From Azolla caroliniana (lineage: Eukaryota; Plantae; Polypodiophyta): a DNA stretch of 64,000 nucleotides. Positions within the stretch are counted from its first letter, which is position 1. Every line of letters starts with the position of its first letter. The notes under the pieces were generated by a model, which saw only the letters and a list, made by a program, of their open reading frames with translations, was not told the DNA's origin and made no database searches. Location of the stretch: NCBI GenBank assembly GCA_043228905.1, contig JBHGNT010000002.1:24242001-24306000 (forward strand), read 5' to 3'. The position numbers and the translations under genes were made by a program. Shown here piece after piece: positions 33,557 through 47,378 of the stretch.

Positions 33557-36500
33557 TGTAGGTAGGTACAAGTCGCCTGAGGCGAAATCCTAGCTAGTAC
33601 GCATTCAGTAGGGAGGAAATCGAGGCGTATCCCTGTCCGAAAGGATAGGGAATTAACATGATGTAACGGGTGGTAACAGTCTCCCTCCTTGGGCTATAAA
33701 AGAGAGGGAGAAGTAAGGTAAAAATATATCGCGTTTTGTGGAGGACGAAGTGCTGCTGGACTGGAACCGAGCGCTTCCCCTCTCCTCTGTCGTCTCCATA
33801 ATCGTTCTGTGCAGGTTTCGGGAGGCTAACTCTGCTCCGTGGGACGCCCGAGTGCTTCCGGTAGAGTCTCCATCTCGTGTTCTGTCTGTCTGTTTATGTG
33901 TGTGTGTGTGTGTGTGTGTGCAGGCGTCGGAACCCATCACTTGTCGGCTTGCCAGTTGTAACACCTTGATTTATATATACATAAACATTCGTTCTATCTC
34001 CATCTTGCGTTTTGTAGTTAGTTGCAATTCTTGTGATTCTGTGGGTCTGTGCGCGTGTGAATTACATCGTTAGTTTCCTTCCCCTCCCCTAATTCGATTA
34101 TTTCTCAGTACGAGGCCCCCATGGTCCCGCCTCGTTCTCCACGCACGCGCGTAACAACATGACATATTTCGTGAACCCGACGTGAACAGGCGGCAGAGGA
34201 ATAGAAAGATGAGAGGGTCGGATCTCGCAGAAGCCATGGCTTCGGCTATGGATCGGATAGTGAGTGCGCGCGAAGGCACAGGCGCCCTCGATAGGGCTAT
34301 TGAGGCAGTCGTTTGCACGATAGGCCGATTCGGTGGAAAGGACACCACGAGCTATTTGGAGGCTTACCGAGCCGAAATGGTGATGAGGGACATCCCGGAG
34401 GACAGGCGACTGGCCGAATTCCCACGGGTGGCGGTGCCGAGCATCCACGCGAAGGTGCTTGAGGTACGAGCTGAGAGTCAGACCTGGGAAGAATTTGAAG
34501 GTCGGCTCCTTGAAAAGTACAAGCTTGATGACGAGCTTCGGCTATCAAAGCAGGACTTCATGGAATGGGTGGAGACCCCCGAAAAGGGGAGAAACGCGTC
34601 GATGCTCCTTCGGGAATTTGAAGAACGCTTCGCACGTCTTCCAACGCTGGACCGGACCATACTGGACACAAGTAGTGTCCTATTGTTCGTTAAATCAGTG
34701 GACGCAAGGGACCGGGAGCAAGTGGGCTTCCTGCTGGAGACCAATGACGGCCTAACGACCGACTATGCTGTGGTAAAGAGAGTCTGGGCCATTTTGACAA
34801 ACGGCGTGAGTGGGTCGATAAAGGATTGACGAGGGCGGGTTCTGTTGCGACAAGGAAGGTCGAGGTACACCCACCGGCACGAAGGGAAGAGACCTGAGAC
34901 TAGCTCGAGACCGTCTCGACTTCGACCGGCAAGGTCAACGGCTCGTCTGGAGGAGCGGCTCTGGAGGAGCTGACTCAGATGGTGAGGAACCTCCAGATTG
35001 CGCAAGCACGGAGGGACAGCGGCGAACAAGTCTGAGCCTGAATGACTCCGGCTGCGAACCGGTGCTTGTGGTGCGACGCGGTCGACCACGCCCGAAAGGA
35101 CTACGGGGACTTCGCCGAAGCGATCAGAGCTAACGTGGTGTACCTATGGAACGGTCAGGTGCACGCTAGAGAGACCCAAAGGGCCCTGGATCTGAATATC
35201 GGACGAGGGGGTATGAAACGGCTAATGGAAGAAGCAGCGACTCGCCACGCGGAGACCGTCCACTACTCGGCGTCAGCTGGAATCCGGGTCGAAAGTGACG
35301 AGGTCCAAAAGACGAAGGAAGCGGGATTCTGGTTGTTGGTACTGGAAGGCCTCGTCGGGGTACGGCTGAGGAAAGAGGAAGCAGACCACGCGGAAAGACG
35401 AGTCCGGGAGGTAACCGGGTGGAATGACCCGGTCAAAGAGAAGACGGGCTTCATGGAAGCCGCGTGCCAAAACTACGAGGCTCTGGTGGAAGACAAGTGT
35501 GTGGGAAAGACCGGGGGGGCCGGACCCTCGCAACGGTATGAGACCCAGTTCGGGCCGAAGCAGAATGATGTCGGTGAGACCGGCGCACTGGATAAAGCCA
35601 AGAGGGTCGGGTACCGGCTCAGCACGGAGATCGAGAGGACCACGGACCTGCGAAAGGTCCTCGAGGAACGTATCCTCGACAGCAAAGTGGAGTTGTCACT
35701 GAGGGAAGTGCTCGGCATCACCAAGAAGGAGTTCCACGACTCCATTGTAGACTTGGTAAAGCGGAAAAGGCTTTCGACGGAGCCACCGGAGAAGCCAGTG
35801 GAGGTGCGAACGGCGCACCTAGAAGACATAGCCATGGAGGACGGAGCACACGGCGTCGGTCCAGAGACTAAAGGAGGCGCTCGCCGCAGCACCGGCTCTC
35901 CGAAAAGCGGTTTACGACAAGGAAGTCCCCATTTACGTGATGGTGGACAAGAGCCCCACCGGGATCGGGTGGGTGATCAATCAGGAAGATGAAGACGGCA
36001 TACGGTTCTCGATCCGGTTCAGGGCAAAGGTATTGAGAGAGCGGCAACGAGGATACGCCCAAATAAAGCACGAGCTATGGGGTATAGTTTCGGCAGTCAA
36101 GGCCGACAAGGACTATCTGATCGGGACGAAAGTGATCATCGAGACGGACTGCTTACCGATTCTGGGTATAGTCTCCGGATGCGCAACTCCGGACCTCGCG
36201 ATGCTTAGCCGGATCGCGTACATCAAGTCCCTAAACCCGAAAAAGATAATGCCATTGCCGATATGCTTTCAAGGGCGTGGTTCAGCGACGAGGACTGCAT
36301 GGTTTCGGATAACGAAGAAGTCGGCGAGGACTTCTTCGGGTCAGCTAACATGACAACAAGAAAGGGGAGCACTCCAGCACTTAACGAATTCAAAGAGAGC
36401 AAGTACGACGGGGAGTGGCTCCAGATCGGCAGGTTCCTGAAGACATTGACACCGGACACGGCATGGACGAAGGAAGAGACCAACCGGATTCGGAAGAAAG

Positions 36501-38501
36501 CATACCGATTCTTCCTACGGGACGGGAGCATATGGAAGCACCCAAAGAAGAGAAACGGCATCCCGCTCTGAGTGGTGGCGAAGAAAGAGGAACAGAAAGA
36601 ATTGTTGACGGTGTACCACGAGAGTCCCTGGGCCGGACACCGCGGGACGTGGGCCACATTCGAGAAGCTAAATGAGAAGTACTGGTGGCCAGGGCTATAC
36701 CGGGACGTGCATCGGTTCGTGATGACTTGCAAAAGCTGTCAGGTGCACTCCATAGTCCGACATCGGGATGAGCTCCACCCGACCTACCCTCCGACCGTCC
36801 ACTTCAAGTGGATGGTGGATCTAGTGATGATGCCGATGGGGATAGGGCAGATGTGGTATCTAGTGCTGGCTCGGGAAGACCTGACAAACCAGGTGGAAGG
36901 CCAAGCATTGCAGAACAAAACAACTGCAACCGTGTGCCGATTTCTGATCGAAGAAGTGGTATGCCGGTACGGGTGTGTAGGTAAGATCGTGGCCGACCGC
37001 GGAGAATTGGACGCACAAGAGGCGGAAGAGTTGTTTGACCGGCTAGGGATTAAACTCTCGCTCACCACCACGTACAATCCGGAGGCTAACAGGAAGGTGG
37101 AGCACGGGCACGGGCCAATCGTTAAAGCGTTGGTACGGGCATATGGAGGCCGTGTCGGGAACTGGCCGTGGCTCTTATCCTATACGTTGTGGGCGGACCG
37201 AACCACGCACAGTTTGGTAACCGGGTTCATGCCGGCAGAGCTAATGTACGGGCAAAAGCCGATCATGCCAACGGAGCAGCCAATGTCCTCGTGGGCCATG
37301 GTAGACTGGAAAGACGAGATGAGCCGAGAGGAGCTGTTAGCGGCACGGATTCGGCAGCTGGAGCAAAGAGCGGAGGACGTGGACCGAGCCACGGAGAAGC
37401 TACGAGTGGCGAGGGTAAAGAACAAAGGACGGTTTGACCGGACTCACCGACTGAGACCGAAGAAGATCGAGGAAGGCGACTAGGTTCTAGTATATAACAG
37501 CAACCTCGATAACCAGCACAGGGCAACGCGGAAGTTTGCAAGAAGGTGGTTCGGGCCATATGTGGTGACAAGCGCCAACGACAACGGGACCTACCATCTC
37601 GCGGAGCTCAATGAGACAAGGATGGCGGTACCAGTGGCAGGGAAAAGGATCAAAGCATTCAAAAAGCGGCACGAGGCTGAACCGGACCCGGACGACCTGG
37701 ATAGCGACAACGACCGGCTTGGAACGGATGCCGATCCGGAAGATGAAGGATAAGCTTGGGTCGGTCTTCTCCGGCAAGAGTCTAATTTTGGCACATACCA
37801 GTGGATGCGCAGTTAGGTGGGGGCGGATGTCGTGGAGAAAACCGTCCCTAGGCAGAAATTGGGTATAACGTGCATAAACCAGCCCTTACACGTGGGCACA
37901 AGTTTTGTTGTATAGTGCGTAGGTAGGTACAAGTCGCCTGAGGCGAAATCCTAGGTAGCGCGCATTTGGCAGGGAGAAAATCAAGGCGTATCCTTGCCCG
38001 AAAGGACAGGGAATAAACATGATGTAATGGGTGGTAACGGTCTCCCTCCTTGGGCTATAAAAGAGAGGGAAAAGTGAGGTAAAAATATATCGCATTTTGT
38101 GGAGGACGAAGTGCTACCGAACTGGAACTGAGCGCTTCTCCTCTCCTCTGTCATCTCCATAATCGTTCTATGCAAGTTTTGGGAGGCTAACTCTGGTCCG
38201 CGGGACGCCCGAGTGCTTCCGGCAGAGTCTCCATCTTGCGTTCTGTGTGTGTGTGTGCAGGCGTCGAAGCCCATCACTCGTTGGCTTGCCGATTGTAACA
38301 CATTGATTTATATATACATGAACATTCGTTTTTTCTCCATCTCGCGTTCTGTAGTTAGTTGCAATTCCTGTGATTCTGTGGGTCTGTGCGTGTGTGAATT
38401 ACATCGTTAGTTTTCTTCCCCTCCCCTCATTCGGTTATTTCTCGGTACGAGGCCCCTGTGGTTCCGCCTCGTTCTCCATGCACGTGCGTAACAACGTGAC
38501 A
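33557..38501 (+). mobile_element. Deleted GC-rich Gypsy: gag, RNaseH and integrase present; PR and RT lost
   Basis: 5'-truncated LTR to 34164, Trp PBS, gag from 34209, knuckle CLWCDAVDH, DUF4100-like segment, deletion near 35845, RH-INT to 37753, 3' LTR 37828-38501, flank CCGT. Confidence 0.92.
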
Positions 38502-41500
38502 CCGTTTATTTCTCTTTGAACCTATAAATCGTTAAGCCACAGTTTCTCGGTTCATTTCGGTTTGAGCCAAAACCGGGCCCATTGCTATTGTGACATTCGG
38601 CAATGCCGGGCCAAAAGGAAAGCAGTTTTCCCTAGCAAGGGTAAAATCAAGCTTGCTAGATGAAGAAGCTCGCCGGAAGGACTGGGAGTCCAGAACCAAT
38701 CCGAAGGCCTTGGTCACGGAAGATGACCACAACCGGGGAAGAGGCCGGTATCGGAGTCCCCAAAACCGGAAAAAATTGGGAACGAGGTCGAAGTCAAGGG
38801 GGAGGCCTACTTGCTTCTACTGTGGGAAGCTGGGCACTTCCAGAAAAACTTTCGGCATTTCCGGAAAGAGAAGGAAACCTGCACCACCGATTCGAAGAAG
38901 AGTTTGGACCGAATTGGTTCAGACTGGAGAGGCTCAGATCGGAAAGGAATGTCGGCGATCGCAACAAGTGAAGAGGAACCGATGCTCATCACCAAAGAGA
39001 ATGAGTTAAACCTTGTCGGCAACGAGACAACATGGGTTGTCGATTCCGGAGCGTCGTTTCATCTAACACCGGATCGGAAATGCTTCTCATCATACACAAC
39101 CGGTGATCATGGTTGTGTTCGGATGGGGAATGAAGGTACATGTCGAATTGTCGGCATAGGAAATGTTTTATTGACAACATCAACCGGATGCAAGTTGTTG
39201 TTGAAGGATGTCCGACACGTTCCGGAGGTTCGACTAAACCTGATATCAGCCGACTCGAACCTGATATCAACCAGTCGGCTAGATGATAAAGGCTACACGG
39301 GTAGCATCTGGAACGGAATCATGAAGTTCACCAAAGGAATCTTGATCGTGGCTAGAGCCCGGAAGATCAACACGTTCTATCTCATGCATGACCGAATATG
39401 TCGGGAAGAAGTGAACATAGCATCCGACATTGTCGGTGAGCTGTGGCACAAAAGACTATGTCACATGAGTGAGAAGGGGATGAAGAGGCTTGCCGAAGAC
39501 AACCTCATTCCGGTGAAGGACGTGCAACTTGAGAAGTGCACTGATTGCTTGGTCGGCAAGCAAAACCAAACCTCCTTCCGGTCAAGACCACCGATGAGAT
39601 GGAATGGACCACTCGAGCTGGTGCATACTGATGTGTGTCAAGTGAACACGAACTCACATGCCGGGCGCAGTACTTCGTGACGTTCATAGACGAAAACAGC
39701 CGGAATTTGTGGGTCTCACCATTGAAGAAGAAGGATCACTTGTTATCCGTCTTCAAGGAGCTCCACGCGAGAGTGGAAAGAGAAACCGGCCGGAAGCTGA
39801 AGCCGGTTCGAGCGGACAACGGAGGAGAATATCGGGGGTAGTTCGAGGAGTACCAAAGACGTCGGAATTGAACTGGCTGGCCAAAAGGATGAACCGAACC
39901 ATAACGGAGAGAGTTTGAAGCATGCTATCAAATGCCAAGTTACCCAAGACGTTTTGGGCTGAGACGCTGACGACGGCGACCTATTTGATAAATAGATCAC
40001 CCTCAGTACCCTTGGATGAAGACTCACCGCAGAAAGTATGGACCGGTAAGGATGTGTCTTACCGGCATCTAAAGGTGTTCGGATGTCTAGCATATGTGCA
40101 TTTGGCGAAGGACAAGGGAGCAAAGCTGGTCGACAAGAAGGTGTTCCGGAGTCGGGACATAGTCTTCATGGAAGACAAGACCATTGCCAACTAGGAGTCA
40201 GATAAGAAGGTGACGAACTCCGGATGATCCAATGAAAACCAGCTTGAGGACAAAAGGATATACCCGAATGAAAACCGGATGTTAGTAAGTAACCAAATGA
40301 CACTCAACGAACCGGCCAAGTACGGACAAGAAACCGAACCGACCGATGAAGAAGATGAAGAAGGAGACACCAGAACCTGACAAGATCCCGAATCGGATTT
40401 GGATGAGGAACAAACAGAGGAACCGGTAGTGAGAAACCAAGGACGGAGATATCCTCTCCAAGAGAGAAGAGCCCCCCGGAGATTTCCGGATGCATAGCAT
40501 GTGTTGCTAACCGATGAGGGGGAGCCAGAAAGCTTTGAAGAAACAAAGAGAGACAACCACAGCCACAAGTGGTTGAGTGCCATGCAAGATGGGATGGATT
40601 CCTTGTATGGGAACCACACATATGAACTAACAGAGTAGCCGAAAGGGAAGAGAGCACTCTGGAACAAGTGGGTGTACAAGCTGAAACCGGGAGACGTCGG
40701 GAATCCACCAAGGTATAAGGCCCGGATCGTGGTGAAGGGCTTCCAGCAGAAGAAAGGAGTGGATTTCAACGAGATCTTTGCCCCGATCATTAAGATGATT
40801 TCCATCTGGATGGTGTTGAGCATCGCGGCAAGCATGGACCTCGAGGTAGAGCAACTAGACGTCAAGACGGCGTTCCTCCATGGGGACCTCGAAGAGGAGA
40901 TCTACATGCAGCAACCAGAAGGATTTGAGAAGAAAGGGAAGGAGCACCTGGTGTGTCGGCTGAAGAAGAGCTTATACAGACTAAAGCAATCTCCCAGGCA
41001 ATGGTACCGGAAGTTTGACTCCCTCATGACTGATTAAGGGTATCACAAAATGCAACCGATCACTACGTGTTTGTGAAGAAATTTGACGAAGTAGACTTCT
41101 TGATACTGCTCCTGTACGTGGACAACATGTTGATCGTCGGACGAGATCAAGTTAAGATACGAATGATGAAGAAGCCTCTGAATCGGACCTTCTCCATGAA
41201 AGACTTGGGTCCGGCAAGACAGATATTGGGGATGCATATCATCCGGGACAGGTCGAAGAAACTGTTCTGGCTGTCACAAGAAAAGTACGTGATGAAGGTG
41301 CTTCAGTTGTTCAACATGTCAGATGCGAAACCGCTCGGATCGACACTTCTGGCAAATTGCAAGCTATCCGGAAGACAAAGTCCGAGGACAAAGACGGAGA
41401 AGACAAATATGACAAAGATACCATATGCCTCTGCCGTCGGGAACTTGATGTACGCAATGGTGTGTACTCGGTCGGATATTGGATATGCAGTCGGAGTGGT

Positions 41501-41544
41501 GAGCCGGTTCATGTGCAATCTTGGAAGAGAGCATTGGAACGCGG

Positions 41545-44500
41545 TGTCGTGAAGATTCCCGGCCTTAGCAATAAAACCAGGAATAATGGGAACATCGGCG
41601 GGGTGCAGCGTGGTCACCCACCCTTGTGTATACGTGTAAGATAATGGGGTGCCTCTATGGCGCCGAATAGGAGATAAGTTGGGACAAAGAATCCCATGTA
41701 ATAAGGGATTTATCCCACATTGTAACGTCCCTCCCTCCTTGGGCAATAAAGGAAGGGAGGGTCCCTTGTAAAAGGGGTTGCCCATTTTGAGTTAGGAGGG
41801 TATACCACTTAGATCAAGGGTTTGGTAGCTTTCTTCTTCTTACTTTCTTTTAGAGTTTCTTTGAGGTCTTCTTCTTCGTGTCTATTTAGGGTTTAGTCCG
41901 ATTAAGGTCTTGTATGTCCTAAGGGGTTATCACTTCTGCTCTGTGTCCTGTGCAAGACCCCGCTCGGCGTGACAAGCCCGAGAGCTCCCCAATCAACGGT
42001 TTGGCAGCAGACTGTTGTTGTAACCTAACCTACCTTTGTCCAGCTCAAGGCCGGAGTTGTATGTTGCTCTTGTATATATATATAGTGAAGTTCTATGCAT
42101 CTATGTCTGTGTCGGTGTCTTTGGAGTTCCTCCTTTCTAGTTTTTGTACATAGGACGCGTGTCTAGTCAGTGTTGCGTGCGCGCCCTTTTCCCTATCTAA
42201 TTTGGTTGCTCCCATTACATATCCAGAAATGCTCTAGTTGGTGTCCTGGCCGGTCGCGGGAAACAGTGAAGCTCGATCATCCATGCTCCGTCTCTCTCTG
42301 GTCCAAAACCCCTATTGTACCGCCCCGGATCTAACACGCACGCGCGGATGATCGCGACATCTTTGGTGAACCTGACGTGAAAGAGCGGCAAGTGAGGATG
42401 GAGTTGGAAGATGAAGACTAGTTGGAGATGGTGGCCGCAGTGGTGATGGAGTTTGGACGAGTGACGATGAGACGAGAAGCGGCGAAGCAAGCTATTGAGC
42501 GAGTGGTCAAAAGAGTCAGCCATTTTAACGGGGACAAAGTCCCATCGTACATGGAAGCCTACAATGCGGAAATGGAGGTGTGAGGCGTAGACGAGGCGTT
42601 GAGGCTGGAGTTCTTCTGTCGAGTCGTCATCGTCCATGGAGCTCCGAGAAGCTCATAGTTAGTGGGAGGCCTTCAAAGAGGCACTCCTGCAGGCATACAA
42701 AGGACGTTGTTAGGAAACAGATCCCTCCAGATGGGATAGGAGTACTCGGCAACGGAAGACCCGGTGAGAACCGGATGTGGAGTACCAGGCAACGGAAGAC
42801 CCGGTGAGAACCGGATGTGGAGTACCCGGCAACGGAAGACCCGGTGAGAACCGGATGACGAGCATCCGGCAAGAGCCGGATGGTGAAGACCTAGTGAGAA
42901 GCTCTCCCCGAATGAAGGGACATATTCGTAAATATGTTTCTGTGAGTCCATTGGGGCTATATTTGTAAATAGCCGAAAAGTCATTCCAGGACGAAGCACA
43001 TCCAACGTAGGTATCACTGGATTCGGGAGCGAGTAGAAGATCAAGAGTTCGTGCTAACGAAGATCCACACGACCGAGAACGAGTCAAATATGTTGACCAA
43101 AGTACTGATACCCGACAAGCTGGATGCATGCCGGAAGCGGATCGGACTAGTAAGACATCCCATGCCGGAGTGAAGGGGGAGTTTGTTAGGAAACTGATCC
43201 CTCTGGATGGGATAGGAATACCCGGCAATGGAAGACCCGGTGAGAACCGGATGTGGAGTACCCGGCAAGAGCGGGATGGTGAAGACCCGGTGAGAACCGG
43301 ATGACGAGCATCCGGCAAGAGCCAGATGGTGAAGACCCAGTGAGAAGTGCTCCCCGGATGAAGGGACATATTCGTAAATATGTTTCTGTGAGTCCATTGG
43401 GGCTATATTTGTAAATAGCCGAAAAGTCATATTAGTATAAATATGACTTAGGGCAAACTTAGCGTGTATGGGTCGTCATTCTTGTTGGTGCAAGATTTGA
43501 GTGCAACTGTGCATAGAGAGAGAGAGAGAGTGAGTGAGTGAGAGACGAAGAGGACGTTGTCTCTGTTGTAACTACCTCTTGTGGCGAAGACAGTGAACAA
43601 GAGGTCGTTGCCTCTGTGTTCATCTACTGTATATTGTATCATAGTGATAGTTTGCAGTCTGTGGACTACCGTGGTTTTTCCCGTGTTTGGGTTTTCCAAG
43701 TAAACATCCTGTGTACTCTTCTCCTTACTGTGTCGTGCGTGATTACCCGTTTTTTCTGTGTCTGTTCCTAGACTCAGTTGTGGCCGAGCGTTGTTTTCGG
43801 GAGCGTGTAGCCCCTTTCAAACGTCCGAAGAGTCGGGGATGACACAACTTCAACCAGTGGATTGCATCGGCGAAGACCCACCAGGGCACAACGAAGGCGT
43901 TCTGAGAGTTCGAGCGGCGGCTTGCTTGGCTCCCGGAGCGGGAACAAAGGCTGCTAGGAGTGGACAAAGTCCTATTGTTCGTTAGGTCGATCGACCGAGC
44001 GGAATAGGAGGCCATCGGAATTGAGCTCGAAGACGAGGAAGGAGCGAATGGCCTTACCGAGGACTGGTCGGAAGTCCAACGAGTATACAGATGGTTAGAT
44101 GAGGAGCATGCCGCGAAAGGTAAAAGGAAGATAACGCGCGACGGCGCGTCATCACGACAGGACGTGCGCACGCAACAAGAAGGATCGTCGAAGCTCAATG
44201 TCGAAGCCCTGGTCCGGGAAGCGTACGAGGCTCTAAAGGCGACGGTTGAAGAAGAAGAGAGATCCGGCACGCGGACGAATTCCGAAGACGCAAAGCTAGT
44301 CGGCCTTCCGAACAAGGAGGACATGGCCTAGGCAGAGGCCCAAGAATTGTACGACGGTACCACGGGAGACAGTGTGGAGCGAGACGCCCTCTCGACTTGC
44401 GGAGAAAGACCAGACGAGGAGGAGGTCGGGAGTGGAGAAGAGCCTTCCACGCGGATTCCGGAGACTCCGGCAGTCGAGCCCGTGTGCCAACATAAGACTA

Positions 44501-47378
44501 GAGAGATGGAAGGCGTCAGTGAGGAATCCTGGCACGATGCCAGCGAAGATGGCTTGGAGATGGCTTGCGAGGAGGCCAAGGACAGGGCCATGGTGGAGCG
44601 AAATATAGAAACAAGAGGCGGCTCGGAAGGGAGCGGAGTCAGAAGTCGGCCCAACCGGGAGCCGATCCGGTCGGCATTCCGATTCGGATGGAGCACGATC
44701 CAAGCATGGGTCGTTTTTCTGAAACCGGGCCAAAATGTGGAGAACAACGGAGGCCAAGCGGGCCAAACGGGCCAAGAAGGTGTTCCTCGGAGCGGAGCAA
44801 TGTTATTGAAGGATGCAGAGGACACCAAACTGGAGGGGATCAACGACGGCGAGGGAGAAACGGTAGAGGCGGTTGACTGAAGTATGGTTCCTCCACACTC
44901 GTTCCCAAGACTTAGGCGGTTGCATCCGAGAACCAACGGAAGACCTAAGAGACGGAAAGTGGCGGCGAGGACGCGGAGGTCACGGCAAATACAAGTGATG
45001 AATGCAGAGAAAGGAAGACCGGTCCTATGGGTCACCTCACACCGGGCTAGAGACTTTGGTGGTTGGCATCAGATCTGATGTAAGACCAACATACTGACGG
45101 TGGTGGCAGGAGAACGGAACCCATCAATGTAGAGTGTCGGATGAGCCCAAATGAGAACCGGGGGAGCGAACTTCCGGATAACCGATCCGGAAGGGAGGAG
45201 GAAGTAGGGCTACGAAGAGGCCGGGAGCACGGTACAATAGTACCATGGGAGAGGGCGTGGAATCTGGAGCAAGCCACCCTCTCGACTTGGGAGAACGATG
45301 ACCCGGGGAAGGGTCGGGAAATATTGAGGCCCGCGAAGGATCCTTCACACCGGGCTAGAGACTTCGGCAGTCGGCAGCAGACCCAACGTAAGCCCAAGAG
45401 ATTGACGGTGGTGGCAAGGAGACAAGGGCGAAGGCTACGAAAGGGGCGGTCCCACGGAGACCCTCACACCAATCCGGAGACTCCGGTGGCCGGCAACGAG
45501 AGCCGGCGTGAGACCTAGAGGACGGACAATGGCGGTAGGAGAACGTGATCGGACGACGGGAAGCGGGAACGAACAAACAAGAGGTATGGGGCTGGCAACA
45601 CAGCCATGAACCGGATACGGACCCAATCGGCAGGGTAGGGAAGGACCAAGATCGGACGGGCTTGGTACACGGATCGGTTGCCTAACGGATCGGAGGCCCG
45701 AGGAGGATCTTCCACACCAGATCTAGAGACATCGGCGGTCGGCATCAGATCCGATGTAGGACCAAGAGATTGACGGTGGCGGCGAGGCGACGAAGGCGGC
45801 AACTACGGAGGCACCGAGAAACCAAGGCATTGATGGACTACGGAGGCAAGGAGGGCCGAAATGGGCAAGGGTGATCCTTCGTGGGTAACAACATGAAAAG
45901 CTACCAAGGACACCCAAGCGGGGAGCGGTATGTCGAGCCGAAAGGGCAGACCCAGAAGTGGATCGAAAGACATGCATGTGGCCATCGAAGGCCGAAGTAA
46001 AGCACGGGTACGGGACGGTGTTCAGCACAGGAAGTGTCGGGCAAGGAAGGTGGAAGACGGATTGCTCGATTTGGTAGCCTCGAAGAACATCGATGGCCCA
46101 AGAAGGATCCTTCACACCAATTTTGGAGACCCTGGCGGTTCGGCCAACATGGCCACGTGAGACCGAGGGAGATGGACGGTGGCGGCAAGCGGATAAGGGG
46201 ACAAGGGCAATGGTGAACAACAGCATCGGACAAGCAATCAAGGCATCACGGAGATCGACGGCGGCTAAGCGGGTTACTACGGGATGCTCCTCGGACGCGG
46301 AGGACACTGGGTATACGGGAAAGCGAGGGGCATGCATATGGTCGCTCAAGGGCCACGGGACAAGCATGCGTATGGGAAGAGATCGCAGCAAACGACCTGT
46401 CGACAGGTCAAACGAGCCTACGGAGAGGCGAGCGCGAGGAACGAACCGGAGCCGACGGTTCGAACCGGCGGAGGCCAACACGACAGTCGAGATGCATATT
46501 ACGGAATACCGGTTGCTCACTATGGCCGGAATCTCTCACCCTTCTTCAGATTTGGCACGTACCGGTGGACGTGCGGTTTGGTGGGGGCGGATGTCGTGAA
46601 GATTCCCGGCCGTAGCGAGAAAACCAAGAATAATGGGAACATCAGCGGGGTGCGGTGTGGGCACCCACCCTTGTGTATACGTGTAAGATAATGGAGTACC
46701 TCTATGGCGTCGAATAGGAGTTAAGTTGGGACAGAGAATCCCATGTAATAAGGGATTTATCCCACATTGTAACATCCCTCCCTCCTTGGGCTATAAAAGG
46801 AAGGGAGGGTCCCTTGTAAAAGGGGTTGCCCATTTTGAGTTTGGAGGGTATACCACTTAGATCTAGGGTTTGGTAACTTTCTTCTTCTTACTTTCTCTTA
46901 GAGTTTCTTTGAGGTTTTCTTCTTCGTGTCTGTTTAGGGTTTTGTCCGGTCAAGAGCTTGTATGTCCCAAGGGGTTTTTGCTTCTGCTCTGTCTCCTGTG
47001 CAAGACCCCGATCGGCGGCTTGGCAGCAAACTGTTGTTGTAACCTAACCTACCTTGGTCCGGCTCAAGCCCGGAGTTGTATCTTGCTCTTGTATATATAT
47101 AGTGAAGTTTTGTGTATCTATGTCTATGTCTATGTCTTTGGAGTTCCTCCTTTCTGGTTTTTGTACATAGGATGTGTGTGTCTAGTCAGTGTTGCGTGCG
47201 CATCCTTTTCCTTGTCTCATTTGGTTGCTCCTGGTACGTATCCAGAAACGCTCTAGTTGGTGTCTTGGCCAGTCACGGGAAACAGTGAAGCTTGACCTTC
47301 CATGCTCCGTCTCTCTCTGGTCCAAGACCCTTGTAGTCCCGCCCCGGATCTAACATCCGCGGGTGGATTACTGCGACA
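41545..47378 (+). mobile_element. Non-autonomous gag-only Gypsy 'C2'
   Basis: LTRs at 41545-42359 and 46592-47378, TSD GCGG, Trp PBS at 42364, decayed gag, same repeat array (about 45030-46170), no pol. Confidence 0.93.
42708..43819 (+). mobile_element. Miniature Copia derivative: partial LTR, RNaseH tail, PPT and full LTR
   Basis: TGTTAGGAAAC at 42708 and 43184. KHIQRRYHWIRE-coding segment at about 42986-43160. Flanks GACGT and AACGT. Confidence 0.85.

Larger units (their letters stand above)
33037..38587. mobile_element. Non-autonomous hAT-like DNA element containing a Gypsy insertion
   Basis: 17-bp TIRs TAGCAATRGGCCCGGTT at 33037-33053 and 38571-38587 (16/17 match). Subterminal AAACC(A/G) repeats. 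No TSD recoverable. Confidence 0.62.
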
